Shown piece after piece: positions 48,302-58,096 of a DNA stretch of 64,000 bases; positions within the stretch are counted from its first letter, which is position 1, and each line of letters opens with the position of its first letter. Position numbers and translations under genes: made by a program. The notes under the pieces are model-generated. The model saw nothing but the letters and a program-made list of their open reading frames with translations, searched no databases and was not told where the DNA came from. This DNA is from an uncultured Bdellovibrionales bacterium (GTDB taxonomy: Bacteria; Bdellovibrionota; Bdellovibrionia; Bdellovibrionales; JAEYZS01), in NCBI GenBank assembly GCA_964469265.1, contig CAYXYF010000005.1:26518-90517 (forward strand), in the 5' to 3' direction.

Positions 48302-49054
48302 CTATGAAGTCCTATTAGCAATACTCTTTAAGAACTCGGTGACCCTGGCTTTATACGTTTCAGGAAAGCTTTTAAGACCATCTAGATGTTTGCCTTCAGG
48401 TAGATTAAGAACTTCAAGATCAATGTGTGAATGCCCATGAAAGGCCTTCTCGATACAACTTGCTGGAACTAAGGGATCTTGCCACCCTCTAATAGATAAG
48501 ATCGGAAATCCTTTTGGAAGAGAGGCAAGATCGCGTTTGATTTGTTTTTCGTGACTGATAGTCCAAATACCGCGCGCAAAAGCATTAAAGCCGATTTTTT
48601 TAATCGGATTTTTTAGAGGATAGTAGTGAGTATAAAAGTTCCAGTTACATCTTAGTAACTCAAAAAACGGCCCGCCATCACAAATAAAACCAGTGATATC
48701 CTTCGTACCTCTTAATCGTATGGCCTCAAGTGCTGCAGAGGATGGATTTGAAAACCCGTAGAGTATTTTATTTCCTGGGATAGCGTCCAAAACATCAGTG
48801 ATTTCTTTAGACCAAATATGCTTAAGCCCCCAACCATTAGGAAGAGCTTCGGGCAATTGTTTGTAAATTTTTTTAAGCTTATAGGACAGATTAAAAATAA
48901 CAGAATCAAACCCAATCTCCGCCAAAAACTCCGCATGACGTTTCATATTCTGCTTCTTACCAAAAAAGAAGGGCACAAACACAACAGTCTCAGCATACTT
49001 TTTAACAGAAGCCTTAACAAGCTCCCCATTATTAATTAGTTTCAAGTGCGCCAT
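48302..49054 (-). CDS. Alpha/beta hydrolase fold protein
   Basis: YGFSNP elbow-like motif, ICDGGP, GWQDPLV, GKH; start at MAHLKL. Confidence 0.7.
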   Translation of the reverse strand: MAHLKLINNGELVKASVKKYAETVVFVPFFFGKKQNMKRHAEFLAEIGFDSVIFNLSYKLKKIYKQLPEALPNGWGLKHIWSKEITDVLDAIPGNKILYGFSNPSSAALEAIRLRGTKDITGFICDGGPFFELLRCNWNFYTHYYPLKNPIKKIGFNAFARGIWTISHEKQIKRDLASLPKGFPILSIRGWQDPLVPASCIEKAFHGHSHIDLEVLNLPEGKHLDGLKSFPETYKARVTEFLKSIANRTS

Positions 49055-49091
49055 AAAACGTTTCCCAAAGAACGAGCTTAATTTAACGAGA

Positions 49092-49217
49092 GAGTGAGAA
49101 AAATAAAATTTCTTAAAACGAGTTCCGCAGCTTTGCAATAACTTATGCCAGCTCCGCTGGCGTAAGTTTTGTTGGGAGGACTGTCTGAGGCTTTAAGAAA
49201 TTTTATTTTTCTCACTC
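49092..49217. repeat. 126-bp element bounded by a perfect 26-bp inverted repeat, with internal hairpin
   Basis: GAGTGAGAAAAATAAAATTTCTTAAA (49092-49117)/TTTAAGAAATTTTATTTTTCTCACTC (49192-49217); inner AACTTATGCCAG/CTGGCGTAAGTT (49140-49168). Confidence 0.85.
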
Positions 49218-49229
49218 GTACGTCGATTT

Positions 49230-52091
49230 TTAATGTTTCGTTGTGTTGGAAACGTTTTGTGGCCACAGCTCTTTCCAGTTGTTGGTTTGAGAAGAATGGT
49301 TTCCAAGTGACTCTAACAATGACTTAGAAACTTGAATTTCTTCAAGTGCTGTTTCAGACAAAACTTTTCCGCAAGCTTCAACAATTGAGTCACTATCAAT
49401 GTGGTGATACTTGTAAACATCAGATGGTCTTCCGCATTTGGAGTGTTTTTTCACCGCAAGAACTTCATGTCGAACGCCGATAATTGATCCAATGTTATCT
49501 AGTAATCCAGGCTCTCCGTCATGAACGCTAACAATAGGAACTCTGCGCCCAGATAACGTCACAAGATCACCTTGAGTTTCAACTTCAGAAGAATTCAAAT
49601 GAAGCTTTGAGTTTACACCCAGTCTTTCTCGAAGCTGATGGTACCCAGAATTTTCAGCGAATGTTCCGATGAGTAAATCATTTGAAGTTACAACAATCAC
49701 GTTGGCATAAATACCCTTTTCCAAAAGCTCATCAGAAGCTTTAATGGCTTCTGTGGTCGGCGAGCCCATCGAGAAAATATTTACAACATTATCACCAGGT
49801 TCATAGCCTGCATAACCCTCGTAATTGATCAGGTAATAGCCGCCATTGAGTACATCTTTTCTTACAGCGCTTAAGATTTCTTCATCACTTATAGCTTCTA
49901 TAGAGGATTCATCAACTGCACCGTCATAGTTCATACCGTTTGGAATAAGAGTTTGCGACTGATCAACCTTAAATACTCTTTGAGCTTTCAATCGCTTTAA
50001 AAATTCCTTTTGATCTGCTCCGCGAGTTACGCCTCTGATATGAAGGCCGCTTCGCTCATCATTATCAAAATAAAAATGTCTTCTTAAAGCATCACAGAAG
50101 ATCCAGTCGAGCTCTTGGCAAAAGAATGGTTCCCAAACAATTTGGTTTGGAATTTGGAAGTCACTCTTCCATCCATGCTGTGCTCCTTCTGGAGAAAGCG
50201 TCACACCAGATGGTGTTCCAACTAAAATGAAGTTTGATCTCCAGTAAAGGTTATAGAAGTACTGATCCAGCGCCCGTTTTACAAAGAAGTCATAGACTGT
50301 CATGAGTGGCATTAATGGAATTCCAAGCAAATCTCGCATTTGTCCGAAGGACCCTACACAAGACATCACGTTACACTCAGCAATTTCAAATCGGATAAAT
50401 CTGTCAGACTTCTCACTTCCAGGAACAAGATCAGGAAGCTTTGTGTTTTTTACGTCGTATTCCTTTTCGTAGTCTTCAATTTCCATTGCGCCGAAGACTT
50501 TTCCATCCATCGCAGGGTTTAGGTTTGTAGAAGTACCAACGTCTGGAGCCATAGAAACAAAAAGTTCAGATGGAATTTTAAATAGTTTCTCAAGATCGTT
50601 TAATGCAGTTTCACTTTCATTCGTATTGGAAATACGGGTTAACTTCGCGGTGAGCTGTCCTAACATCCACTGGGTGTGTGGATAGTTCACCATTTTAAGG
50701 TTGATTCCTAAAGACTCTGGGATTTCTCCGTATTGCTCGAGTTGATCTAGGAAGTACGCCTTATTTTTTTCTTTCAGTTCGTGTTGCGCTAAGATTTCTT
50801 TATAAAGCTCGTCGCCACGAGTTTTTAAGTATTTTGCTTCTTTAGAGTTTTCATCAAACTTCCCAAAAAGACTATCAGCACTTAAACCTTCTGCATCTCG
50901 TATTTTATCAATTTCTTCTTGATCAATGAGGCTTGAGTGGTTTCCTGGCTGTGCTGCCTCAGATAAACCCCAACCCTTCACGGTGTGCGCGATAATGAGA
51001 GTCGGTTGATTTTTGCTTCTCTTACTTTTTTCAAGGGCCTCAATGATCATTTCAAAGTTATGACCTGCAAGATCTCGTAAGGAATCATAAAGCTCAGCTT
51101 CATCCACTCCGCCAATAAACTTTTTCAGTTGAGGATGTTTTTCAGCGATTGTTTTTTTGAGCTCAGCTTTGTCTTTGATAAGCAGTAACGCTTGAAACTC
51201 GTAGTCTTGAAGGTCTTCATCTAAAAACTTTTGATAAGCATCGCCGCCAGCTTTTTGGAAAAGCTTTTGTCTTAGCGGTCCGTGTTTTAGCATTATAACT
51301 TCCCAGCCATTGGCCTCACCAGTTTTTGCTAAACGAATATCATCTGTGCTCCCTACAACATTTCTATTGGTGATGCGATGACCATCAAGGCTTTGTCGGT
51401 TGTAATCGACAATCCAAGTGACGTTTCCAATTTCTCTTTCAGCAAAGTCAGGCATTGCCTCATACAATGATCCTTCTCGAAATTCAGAGTCTCCGAGAAG
51501 GGCCCAGAAGTGTGCACCCTCAGGAACGTTATAGCCATGATCTTTGGCATAACGGTATGCAAGCGCCAAGTATCCAAGATTCACTGGCGGAATACCAACT
51601 GTCCCAGATGGTAAAAAGTTATGTCTGTCAGGGTCATACTTTGAGTGATAAGATTGGAATACAGGTTCACCCTCTTGTGAAAATGCTCTTAGACCGTGCA
51701 TTGCCTTTTCTTGGAGTTCTGGAGAAAGTCTTGCGTTATTCTCGTCGAGTAAAAGATCTAATAAATAATTGTAGGAGTGATCACAGGGAGAAGCGTGGGG
51801 CTTAATTGCCATATGGTCATAGCCGCTTTTTAAAACCATATGGATTGCACCTAACAGGTGAAGGGAGCTTGTGCTGGCCGATTGGTGTCCGCCGACCTTT
51901 GGGTCACCTTTTTCTTTATCTTTTCGTGTGTTGGCAAGATTCACCATTTGGACAGCGTAATAAAGTGCGCGTTTGGCAATCGAGTTTAAGACATTTACAT
52001 CATACGTTTTTTGAGCCGAGCTTTTCAAAACTAACCTCGCATTTTCTTTAAATTGAATCTGAATCCAATAGCTTATCTGTCGCCTTGCCAT
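49230..52091 (-). CDS. aceE: 2-oxoacid (probably pyruvate) dehydrogenase E1, single-chain AceE-like
   Basis: VGGHQ, KPHASP, QSY, GDSEFREG...YNRQSLD TPP-binding motif, HTVKGWG, EIAECN, TLSPEGAQH. Confidence 0.8.
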   Translation of the reverse strand: MARRQISYWIQIQFKENARLVLKSSAQKTYDVNVLNSIAKRALYYAVQMVNLANTRKDKEKGDPKVGGHQSASTSSLHLLGAIHMVLKSGYDHMAIKPHASPCDHSYNYLLDLLLDENNARLSPELQEKAMHGLRAFSQEGEPVFQSYHSKYDPDRHNFLPSGTVGIPPVNLGYLALAYRYAKDHGYNVPEGAHFWALLGDSEFREGSLYEAMPDFAEREIGNVTWIVDYNRQSLDGHRITNRNVVGSTDDIRLAKTGEANGWEVIMLKHGPLRQKLFQKAGGDAYQKFLDEDLQDYEFQALLLIKDKAELKKTIAEKHPQLKKFIGGVDEAELYDSLRDLAGHNFEMIIEALEKSKRSKNQPTLIIAHTVKGWGLSEAAQPGNHSSLIDQEEIDKIRDAEGLSADSLFGKFDENSKEAKYLKTRGDELYKEILAQHELKEKNKAYFLDQLEQYGEIPESLGINLKMVNYPHTQWMLGQLTAKLTRISNTNESETALNDLEKLFKIPSELFVSMAPDVGTSTNLNPAMDGKVFGAMEIEDYEKEYDVKNTKLPDLVPGSEKSDRFIRFEIAECNVMSCVGSFGQMRDLLGIPLMPLMTVYDFFVKRALDQYFYNLYWRSNFILVGTPSGVTLSPEGAQHGWKSDFQIPNQIVWEPFFCQELDWIFCDALRRHFYFDNDERSGLHIRGVTRGADQKEFLKRLKAQRVFKVDQSQTLIPNGMNYDGAVDESSIEAISDEEILSAVRKDVLNGGYYLINYEGYAGYEPGDNVVNIFSMGSPTTEAIKASDELLEKGIYANVIVVTSNDLLIGTFAENSGYHQLRERLGVNSKLHLNSSEVETQGDLVTLSGRRVPIVSVHDGEPGLLDNIGSIIGVRHEVLAVKKHSKCGRPSDVYKYHHIDSDSIVEACGKVLSETALEEIQVSKSLLESLGNHSSQTNNWKELWPQNVSNTTKH

Positions 52092-52122
52092 TCAAGTCAA
52101 GCTTGCCCGCCATAAGATTTTC

Positions 52123-52143
52123 TTTACACGAATTCGGTGTAAA
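52123..52143. promoter_or_regulatory. Dyad TTTACAC-N7-GTGTAAA upstream of E1
   Basis: Near-perfect 21-bp palindrome about 30-50 bp before the E1 start. Confidence 0.4.
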
Positions 52144-52166
52144 TAATGCCATGCAGAAGAGCTATT

Positions 52167-52643
52167 TCAAGCATCGAGAATAATTTTATTCAGAGCCTCG
52201 TCGCTCTCTAGCTCGTAAGTTGAATTTTTGCTTTTGAGATAAAGCGTCCCAGTAGGAGTGATGAGCCATGGATAACCTTCATTGGGGATAATCATGTGGG
52301 TATTGTTCATGTAGGGCAGTTGTGCCAAGTTTTTTTCTAAGGCCGACCACGTGGATTCTTCACAATAGGGTGCACCCATTGGAATATAAAAAGCACAGGT
52401 ACCTGCTCCGTGAATGCCTACGAAAAGGCCTTCGTTTTTTCTTAAACTTTTTTCTGAAAAAATTAAATCGCTATCTAAAAGATCTGGGATTTTTCTTAAA
52501 AGTTCATCACCATGTTCATTTAACAACACTATAGGATTGCGTTTATGCTCCTTTATTTTTGATATTAGCGCTGTTAACTCATTCACTTCAGTGTCAAGAA
52601 GGCTGAGATTTAATGAATCTACTATAACACTGCGAACTTTCAT
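52167..52643 (-). CDS. Hypothetical protein
   Basis: 158-aa ORF with GAGG RBS; co-oriented with E1. Confidence 0.55.
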   Translation of the reverse strand: MKVRSVIVDSLNLSLLDTEVNELTALISKIKEHKRNPIVLLNEHGDELLRKIPDLLDSDLIFSEKSLRKNEGLFVGIHGAGTCAFYIPMGAPYCEESTWSALEKNLAQLPYMNNTHMIIPNEGYPWLITPTGTLYLKSKNSTYELESDEALNKIILDA

Positions 52644-52678
52644 TGGATTTTTCCTCTTTGAACTTACATAATACGTCC

Positions 52679-53530
52679 ATGACTTTTGAGCCTCAAGGGA
52701 TTTATAAAAACGGATTTACTTATGATCACGGGAAGGTTTCACTTCTGGTGATTAAAGGTCCAGATGCGCCAGATTTTTTAAACCGTCTATCCACCGTAAA
52801 GTTTGATAAGACGGAGGAATCTATTCATGGTGCATTCTTAAACGGCCAAGGAAAACTGATTTCGCTTTTCACCGCATGGTTTGAAGGTGATGGAATCGTG
52901 TTTTTTATTGAAAAGTCTATGCTCAGTGAAACCGCTGCTTATTTAGAAAAAATGCACTTTGCAGAAGATCTTAGTTTTTCTCAAAGAGACTTTTATTGCG
53001 TTGAGACTCGGGGAGAGCAAAATCTCGAGGGCCCAATCAAGGTCCGTGCCTTCAACTGGGGCTTACCAGGGAGCTATTTTTTCTATGAAGAAAAAGTTCA
53101 GTGCCTCTCAATTAGTGAATATGAATTTGATGCGGTGAGGGCCTATTACGGAATGCCCAAGCCTCACCAAGATATTTCGCAAAACCATATCCTTATCGAA
53201 GCACCTCTTGAGGCATTGGTTGATCGAGACAAGGGCTGTTATCCTGGCCAAGAGGTCATTGAGCGAATTTATACCTATGGACGCGTAGCTAGAAAGATAA
53301 AGAAAATTTCATTTCATCCAGAGGCCCGTGGAATTTTAAAGCAACTTGCAGAGGAATTACCTTTTGATTTAGTGGTTAATGATAATAACGTAGGCACTTT
53401 GACCTCTTTATATGCTGAGGAGCAACCCTTTGGTCTTGCGACATTGAAGCGGCTCTTTTATGAGAAGAACGATTCTTTTGAGATCGAGTTTAAGGGGCAG
53501 AAAATAAGAGGGGATTGCGTGTCGCATTAA
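52679..53530 (+). CDS. ygfZ: YgfZ/GcvT-like folate-binding protein
   Basis: KGPDAPDFLNRLST, LNGQGK, DKGCYPGQEV signature. Confidence 0.88.
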   Translation: MTFEPQGIYKNGFTYDHGKVSLLVIKGPDAPDFLNRLSTVKFDKTEESIHGAFLNGQGKLISLFTAWFEGDGIVFFIEKSMLSETAAYLEKMHFAEDLSFSQRDFYCVETRGEQNLEGPIKVRAFNWGLPGSYFFYEEKVQCLSISEYEFDAVRAYYGMPKPHQDISQNHILIEAPLEALVDRDKGCYPGQEVIERIYTYGRVARKIKKISFHPEARGILKQLAEELPFDLVVNDNNVGTLTSLYAEEQPFGLATLKRLFYEKNDSFEIEFKGQKIRGDCVSH

Positions 53531-53617
53531 TAGCGCAAAGACTTGATAATTTTACAGGATTTCTTAAAAATCATTGATGTAACAAAAATCCAAAAACCTA
53601 AAAATAGGAGACAGCCC

Positions 53618-54388
53618 TTGAAAGCATTTAAATATTTTTTAGTTCTCGCTATCGCCGCAGGACTCACCGGATGTGTCGGTAAAGATTCTTTAAAGAAAAC
53701 ATTAAAAGAAAACCCAGACATTCTTGCTGAAGCAATTGAAGAAAATCCTGCGCAAATTATGGAAGCGTTAAACAACGCCGTTCGTAAAGCGCAACAACAG
53801 CAACTTGAAGATCGCGAAAAGGGATTAAACCAAGAAAGAGAAGACGAGTTTAAAAATCCAAAGAAACCTGAAATCGATGCTTCTCGCGCGTGGGGTAATA
53901 AAGATGCAGCAATCACTATCGTTGAGTACTCAGATTTTGAGTGCCCGTTCTGTAAACGTGGTTATGCAACTCTTGAAGAAGTTATGAAAAAATACGGCGA
54001 TCAAGTTCGCGTTATTTTCAAAAACCTTCCTCTTGATTTCCACCCGATGGCAATGCCAGCTGCCCAATACTTTGAAGCAATCATGCTTCAGAGCCCTGAG
54101 AAAGCAAAAAAATTCCACGACTTGATTTTTGAAAGCCAAGAGAAGTTGGGATCAGAAAAAGAGAAGTTCTTAGAAGCCTCAGCTAAAAAAGCTGGAGCGG
54201 ACATGGCTCAACTTAAAAAAGACATTGGTTCTGACAAAGTGAAAAAGATAATCGAAGCTCACATGGAAGAGGCTAGAAAGTTTGGCTTTAACGGAACTCC
54301 AGGATATTTAGTCAACGGTGTTTCAATCCGTGGCGCATACCCTGCAGAAGAGTTTACAAAAATCATTGATCGTCACCTTCAAAAATAA
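53618..54388 (+). CDS. DsbA-family thioredoxin-fold lipoprotein
   Basis: TTG start after AGGAG, lipobox LTG-C, EYSDFECPFC, GFNGTPG. Confidence 0.9.
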   Translation: MKAFKYFLVLAIAAGLTGCVGKDSLKKTLKENPDILAEAIEENPAQIMEALNNAVRKAQQQQLEDREKGLNQEREDEFKNPKKPEIDASRAWGNKDAAITIVEYSDFECPFCKRGYATLEEVMKKYGDQVRVIFKNLPLDFHPMAMPAAQYFEAIMLQSPEKAKKFHDLIFESQEKLGSEKEKFLEASAKKAGADMAQLKKDIGSDKVKKIIEAHMEEARKFGFNGTPGYLVNGVSIRGAYPAEEFTKIIDRHLQK

Positions 54389-54415
54389 CTAGAAACCGAC
54401 GTTCATTGAATTAAC

Positions 54416-54442
54416 AAAGGGCAAGTTAACAACTTGCCCTTT
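54416..54442. terminator. Bidirectional intrinsic terminator
   Basis: AAAGGGCAAGTT/AACTTGCCCTTT stem between convergent genes. Confidence 0.85.
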
Positions 54443-54454
54443 TTGTTTCTAAAC

Positions 54455-55192
54455 TTAGAGTTGCAGTTCAAGTTTAGTGGAAGTCATAGAAACCCCCTGA
54501 TGTGAAAGCGTGCAAAGATAGGGTGATATAATCACTCCGCGCTCGTGAGCTTTTTTCAAGAGGTCGGCGTACTTTGGATCAATATCAATTGCTGGTGCGA
54601 ATGTTTTACCGTCTGTTCTTTGAATGGTGTAGAGGATTTCACAAGTGTGACCCCAATCCATAAGTTGCATTAAATCCAGTAAATGTTTCTGCCCCCTTGC
54701 GGTGACAGCATCAGGAAATTTTGCTATTCCGTCTTCAACAAGAGAGACGTTTTTAACTTCTATAAAGTGAAACTTCTCTTTGCCGTTTTTCAAGTCCGTT
54801 TTTTTAAAGTCGACATCTGCATTTTTACTTAAAGCAAAATCAAGTCGTGACTTATCGTTAATCTTTGCTTCGCAAATTATATTTTTGTAGTCGCTTAAAT
54901 CTTTAAAGAGCCCACGCTCTAAACTGAGTTTTACAATTTTATTCGGGACTTGCGTGTTGACTCCAACCCATGATGTTGGCGTCCTTACCATCTCAAGAGT
55001 GTATTGAAGTTTTCTTTTGGGATTATCATCAAAGCTAACAAGACATGGCATGTCGGGAAGACTGCATCCCTTCATGCTTCCAGAATTAGGCACGTGGGCG
55101 ATGACAGTTTTTCCGTCGATGACAACATCTGCAAAAAATCTCTTATATCGCTTAAGAAAAATTCCTTCATGAATCGGTTTTGTGAATTTCAT
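54455..55192 (-). CDS. sfsA: Sugar fermentation stimulation protein A (DNA-binding nuclease-like)
   Basis: RYKRFFADV, AHVPNSGSM, SRLDF, IEVKNVSL, FPDAVTARGQKHL. Confidence 0.93.
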   Translation of the reverse strand: MKFTKPIHEGIFLKRYKRFFADVVIDGKTVIAHVPNSGSMKGCSLPDMPCLVSFDDNPKRKLQYTLEMVRTPTSWVGVNTQVPNKIVKLSLERGLFKDLSDYKNIICEAKINDKSRLDFALSKNADVDFKKTDLKNGKEKFHFIEVKNVSLVEDGIAKFPDAVTARGQKHLLDLMQLMDWGHTCEILYTIQRTDGKTFAPAIDIDPKYADLLKKAHERGVIISPYLCTLSHQGVSMTSTKLELQL

Positions 55193-55268
55193 AAACCCGT
55201 TATTGTCTATTTCTTATAAAAAGTCGACAATAACGTCCCGCGCAATGCCGCAGTTTGAATCCCGCAAG

Positions 55269-55297
55269 TTGCCAACTTAGCTAAGAAAGTCTAGAAC
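55269..55297 (+). promoter_or_regulatory. Possible sigma70 promoter of E2-E3
   Basis: TTGCCA-N17-TAGAAC, overlapped by two short palindromes. Confidence 0.35.
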
Positions 55298-55337
55298 TGA
55301 CTGACTAAGACATTTCAAAAATCAGTGCCAGGAGGAC

Positions 55338-56633
55338 ATGATGGCAACATTAGAGTTTAAGCTACCAGATATTGGTGAGGGTGTAACCGAAGGTGAATTG
55401 ATTCAGTGGCTTGTAAAAGCTGGAGATTCTGTGAACCAAGATCAACCTCTTGCTGAAATCATGACAGATAAAGCGACTGTTGAAATCCCAAGTCCTCAAA
55501 AAGGTACAGTGAAAGAGACCAAACACAATGCTGGCGATATTATTAAAGTCGGCACGGTTATGCTTGTGATGGAAACTGGTGGAGCGAGCGCGCCAAAGCA
55601 AGCAGAACCACCTGCAACTCCAGAGGCTCCAAAGACGCAAGCATCACCATCGTCTAAACCTCAAGCAGCTGCTGCAAAAAGCAATAACGGTTCTGGCCAC
55701 TTTGCTGATGTACAACCTCCAGTGGCACAAAGCCATGTTCTTGCGTCCCCAAGTACAAGACGACTTGCAAGAGAAATGGGTGTTGATATTAATAGCCTAA
55801 AAGGAACTGGGCCTATCGGAAGAGTCACTCGTGATGATGTTTCTGGGGCAAGCTCGGGTGGTGGCCTTGAGACCTACGCAAAATCAACGCCTTCTATTCC
55901 AAGAGCAGGATATCAAGGCCCCGTGGGTGCAGTTGAAGAAAGAGTTCCACTTCGCGGTGTAAGAAGATTGATCGCCGAGAGAATGCAGCTTGCAAAACAT
56001 ATCGTTCCACACTTTTCTTTAATGGATGAAGCAAACGTTACAGCGCTTGTTGAGATGAGAGAAGGTCTTAAAAAGAAAGCTGAAAAATATGGCGTTAAGG
56101 TCACTTACCTTCCGTTTCTCATGAAGGCTCTTATTGCGACAATGAGAGAGTTTCCGAAATTTAGTGCAAGCATTGATGATGAAGCCCAAGAAATTGTTTA
56201 CAAGAAATATTTCAATATTGGTTTTGCAGCAGACACAGATAACGGCTTAGTTGTTCCTGTAGTAAAGAACGCAGACCAAAAAACGATTCTAGAAATCTCT
56301 CGTGAAATCGTTGAGCTTTCATCTAAGGCACGCGCAGGAAAACTAGCACCAGATGATATGAAGGGCGGAACAATCAGTATTACAAACATTGGTAGTATTG
56401 GTGGCGCTTATGCAACTCCGATTATTAATCATCCAGAAGTTGCAATTTTAGGAATGTATAAAATTACTGAAAAACCAATTATCAAAGACGGACAGCTTGC
56501 TGCAATTAAAGTCATGAACCTATCTATCACCGCAGACCATAGATTAATTGATGGTGCGGAGGCTGCAAGATTCCTTCAGGCGTTCATTGAGCGCTTAGAG
56601 AACCCAGGCGTTCTAATGTTGGATTTGGTATAA
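55338..56633 (+). CDS. pdhC: Dihydrolipoamide acyltransferase E2 (single lipoyl domain)
   Basis: LPDIGEGVTEG, MTDKATVE lipoyl-lysine, ASPSTRRLARE PSBD, DHRLIDG. Confidence 0.88.
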   Translation: MMATLEFKLPDIGEGVTEGELIQWLVKAGDSVNQDQPLAEIMTDKATVEIPSPQKGTVKETKHNAGDIIKVGTVMLVMETGGASAPKQAEPPATPEAPKTQASPSSKPQAAAAKSNNGSGHFADVQPPVAQSHVLASPSTRRLAREMGVDINSLKGTGPIGRVTRDDVSGASSGGGLETYAKSTPSIPRAGYQGPVGAVEERVPLRGVRRLIAERMQLAKHIVPHFSLMDEANVTALVEMREGLKKKAEKYGVKVTYLPFLMKALIATMREFPKFSASIDDEAQEIVYKKYFNIGFAADTDNGLVVPVVKNADQKTILEISREIVELSSKARAGKLAPDDMKGGTISITNIGSIGGAYATPIINHPEVAILGMYKITEKPIIKDGQLAAIKVMNLSITADHRLIDGAEAARFLQAFIERLENPGVLMLDLV

Positions 56634-56652
56634 ACAGATTTCGGAGAAAACT

Positions 56653-58095
56653 ATGTTAAATTTTGATGTTTGCGTGATCGGATCAGGACCTGGCGGATAT
56701 GTAGCAGCAATTCGTGCATCACAGTTGGGTTTAAAAACTTGTATCGTTGAACGAGAAAAGCTTGGCGGTGTTTGTCTTAATGTCGGTTGTATTCCGTCCA
56801 AGGCAATGATCACGGCCTCTCATTTCTATCATAAAGTTCATAACGACGCTGCAACAATGGGAATCAAGATCGGCGGAAAGGTTTCTGTCGATATGCCAAC
56901 TCTGGCTGACTGGAAACAAAGTGTCTGTGACAGAATGTCCATGGGTGTAAACCAATTATTAAAAGGCAATAAAGCAGAAGTCATAATGGGTGAGGCATCT
57001 TTTGAGTCAAAGGACGTGCTTGTCGTTAAATCAAAAGATAAGACTGAGAAAATCAAAGCAAAAAACTTTATTGTTGCAACGGGTTCTAGACCTATTGAAA
57101 TCCCAGGATTTAAATTTGATGAAAAGACCGTGATGTCTTCCACTGGCGCGCTTGATCTTCAAGAGCTTCCTAAAAAGCTTGTTGTTATCGGCGGCGGTTA
57201 TATCGGGCTTGAAATCGCAGGCTACTTATCCAAGCTAGGAACTGAAATCACTGTTCTTGAAGCAAATAAAGATGTTTTATTTGGTGCCGCCGACAAAGAA
57301 TGCGTACAAGTTGTTGTGCGAAAAATAAAAAAACAAGGCGTTACAATTTTAACTGAAGCAAAAGCAAAATCCTTTGCAAAAAAAGGAAACGGCGTTGAAG
57401 TCGTTGCAGACATCAAAGGTAAAGAAGAAAAAATTGGAGCTGATAAAATTTTAGTTACTGTAGGACGTAAACCCAACTCTGATCAAATGAACTTAAAAGG
57501 CATCGGCATTCAAATTGATGAGCGTGGTTTCTTAAAGGTCAATTCAAAGCGACAAACCAGTATTGCAAACATTTATGCTATTGGTGATATCGCTTGCCAG
57601 CCAATGCTTGCGCACAAGGCTTCCCATGAGGGAGTTCTAGTTGCAGAAGTTATTGCAGGTAAGAATAGAGCATTCGATGTAAAGACAGTACCTGCCGTGA
57701 TCTTTACGGATCCAGAAATTGCTGCTGCGGGAATGACAGAAGACGAAGCCAAAGAAAAAGGGTTTGCAGATCTTAAGGTGGCAAAGTTTCCTTTCGCCGC
57801 AAACGGCAGAGCCGTTTCTATGATGGATACCGATGGTTTTATTAAGATCGTTGCAAACGCAAAAAACAACCTTGTTCTTGGGGTGCATATTGTCGGACCA
57901 GAGGCGAGCAACCTTATTTCTGAGGCGGCTTTAGCCATCGAGATGGGCGCAACACTTGAAGACATTGCGTTGACCATCCATCCGCATCCAACACTCGGTG
58001 AGACAATGATGGAAGCTGCAGAGGCCACTCTTGGTCACGCGATTCACATCATTCAAAGACCATTAAAAGAAAAACGACCAAGCGCTCAGGCTTAG
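56653..58095 (+). CDS. lpdA: Dihydrolipoyl dehydrogenase E3
   Basis: GSGPGGY, GGVCLNVGCIPSK, IGGGYIGLE, HPHPTLGE. Confidence 0.97.
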   Translation: MLNFDVCVIGSGPGGYVAAIRASQLGLKTCIVEREKLGGVCLNVGCIPSKAMITASHFYHKVHNDAATMGIKIGGKVSVDMPTLADWKQSVCDRMSMGVNQLLKGNKAEVIMGEASFESKDVLVVKSKDKTEKIKAKNFIVATGSRPIEIPGFKFDEKTVMSSTGALDLQELPKKLVVIGGGYIGLEIAGYLSKLGTEITVLEANKDVLFGAADKECVQVVVRKIKKQGVTILTEAKAKSFAKKGNGVEVVADIKGKEEKIGADKILVTVGRKPNSDQMNLKGIGIQIDERGFLKVNSKRQTSIANIYAIGDIACQPMLAHKASHEGVLVAEVIAGKNRAFDVKTVPAVIFTDPEIAAAGMTEDEAKEKGFADLKVAKFPFAANGRAVSMMDTDGFIKIVANAKNNLVLGVHIVGPEASNLISEAALAIEMGATLEDIALTIHPHPTLGETMMEAAEATLGHAIHIIQRPLKEKRPSAQA

Positions 58096-58096
58096 A

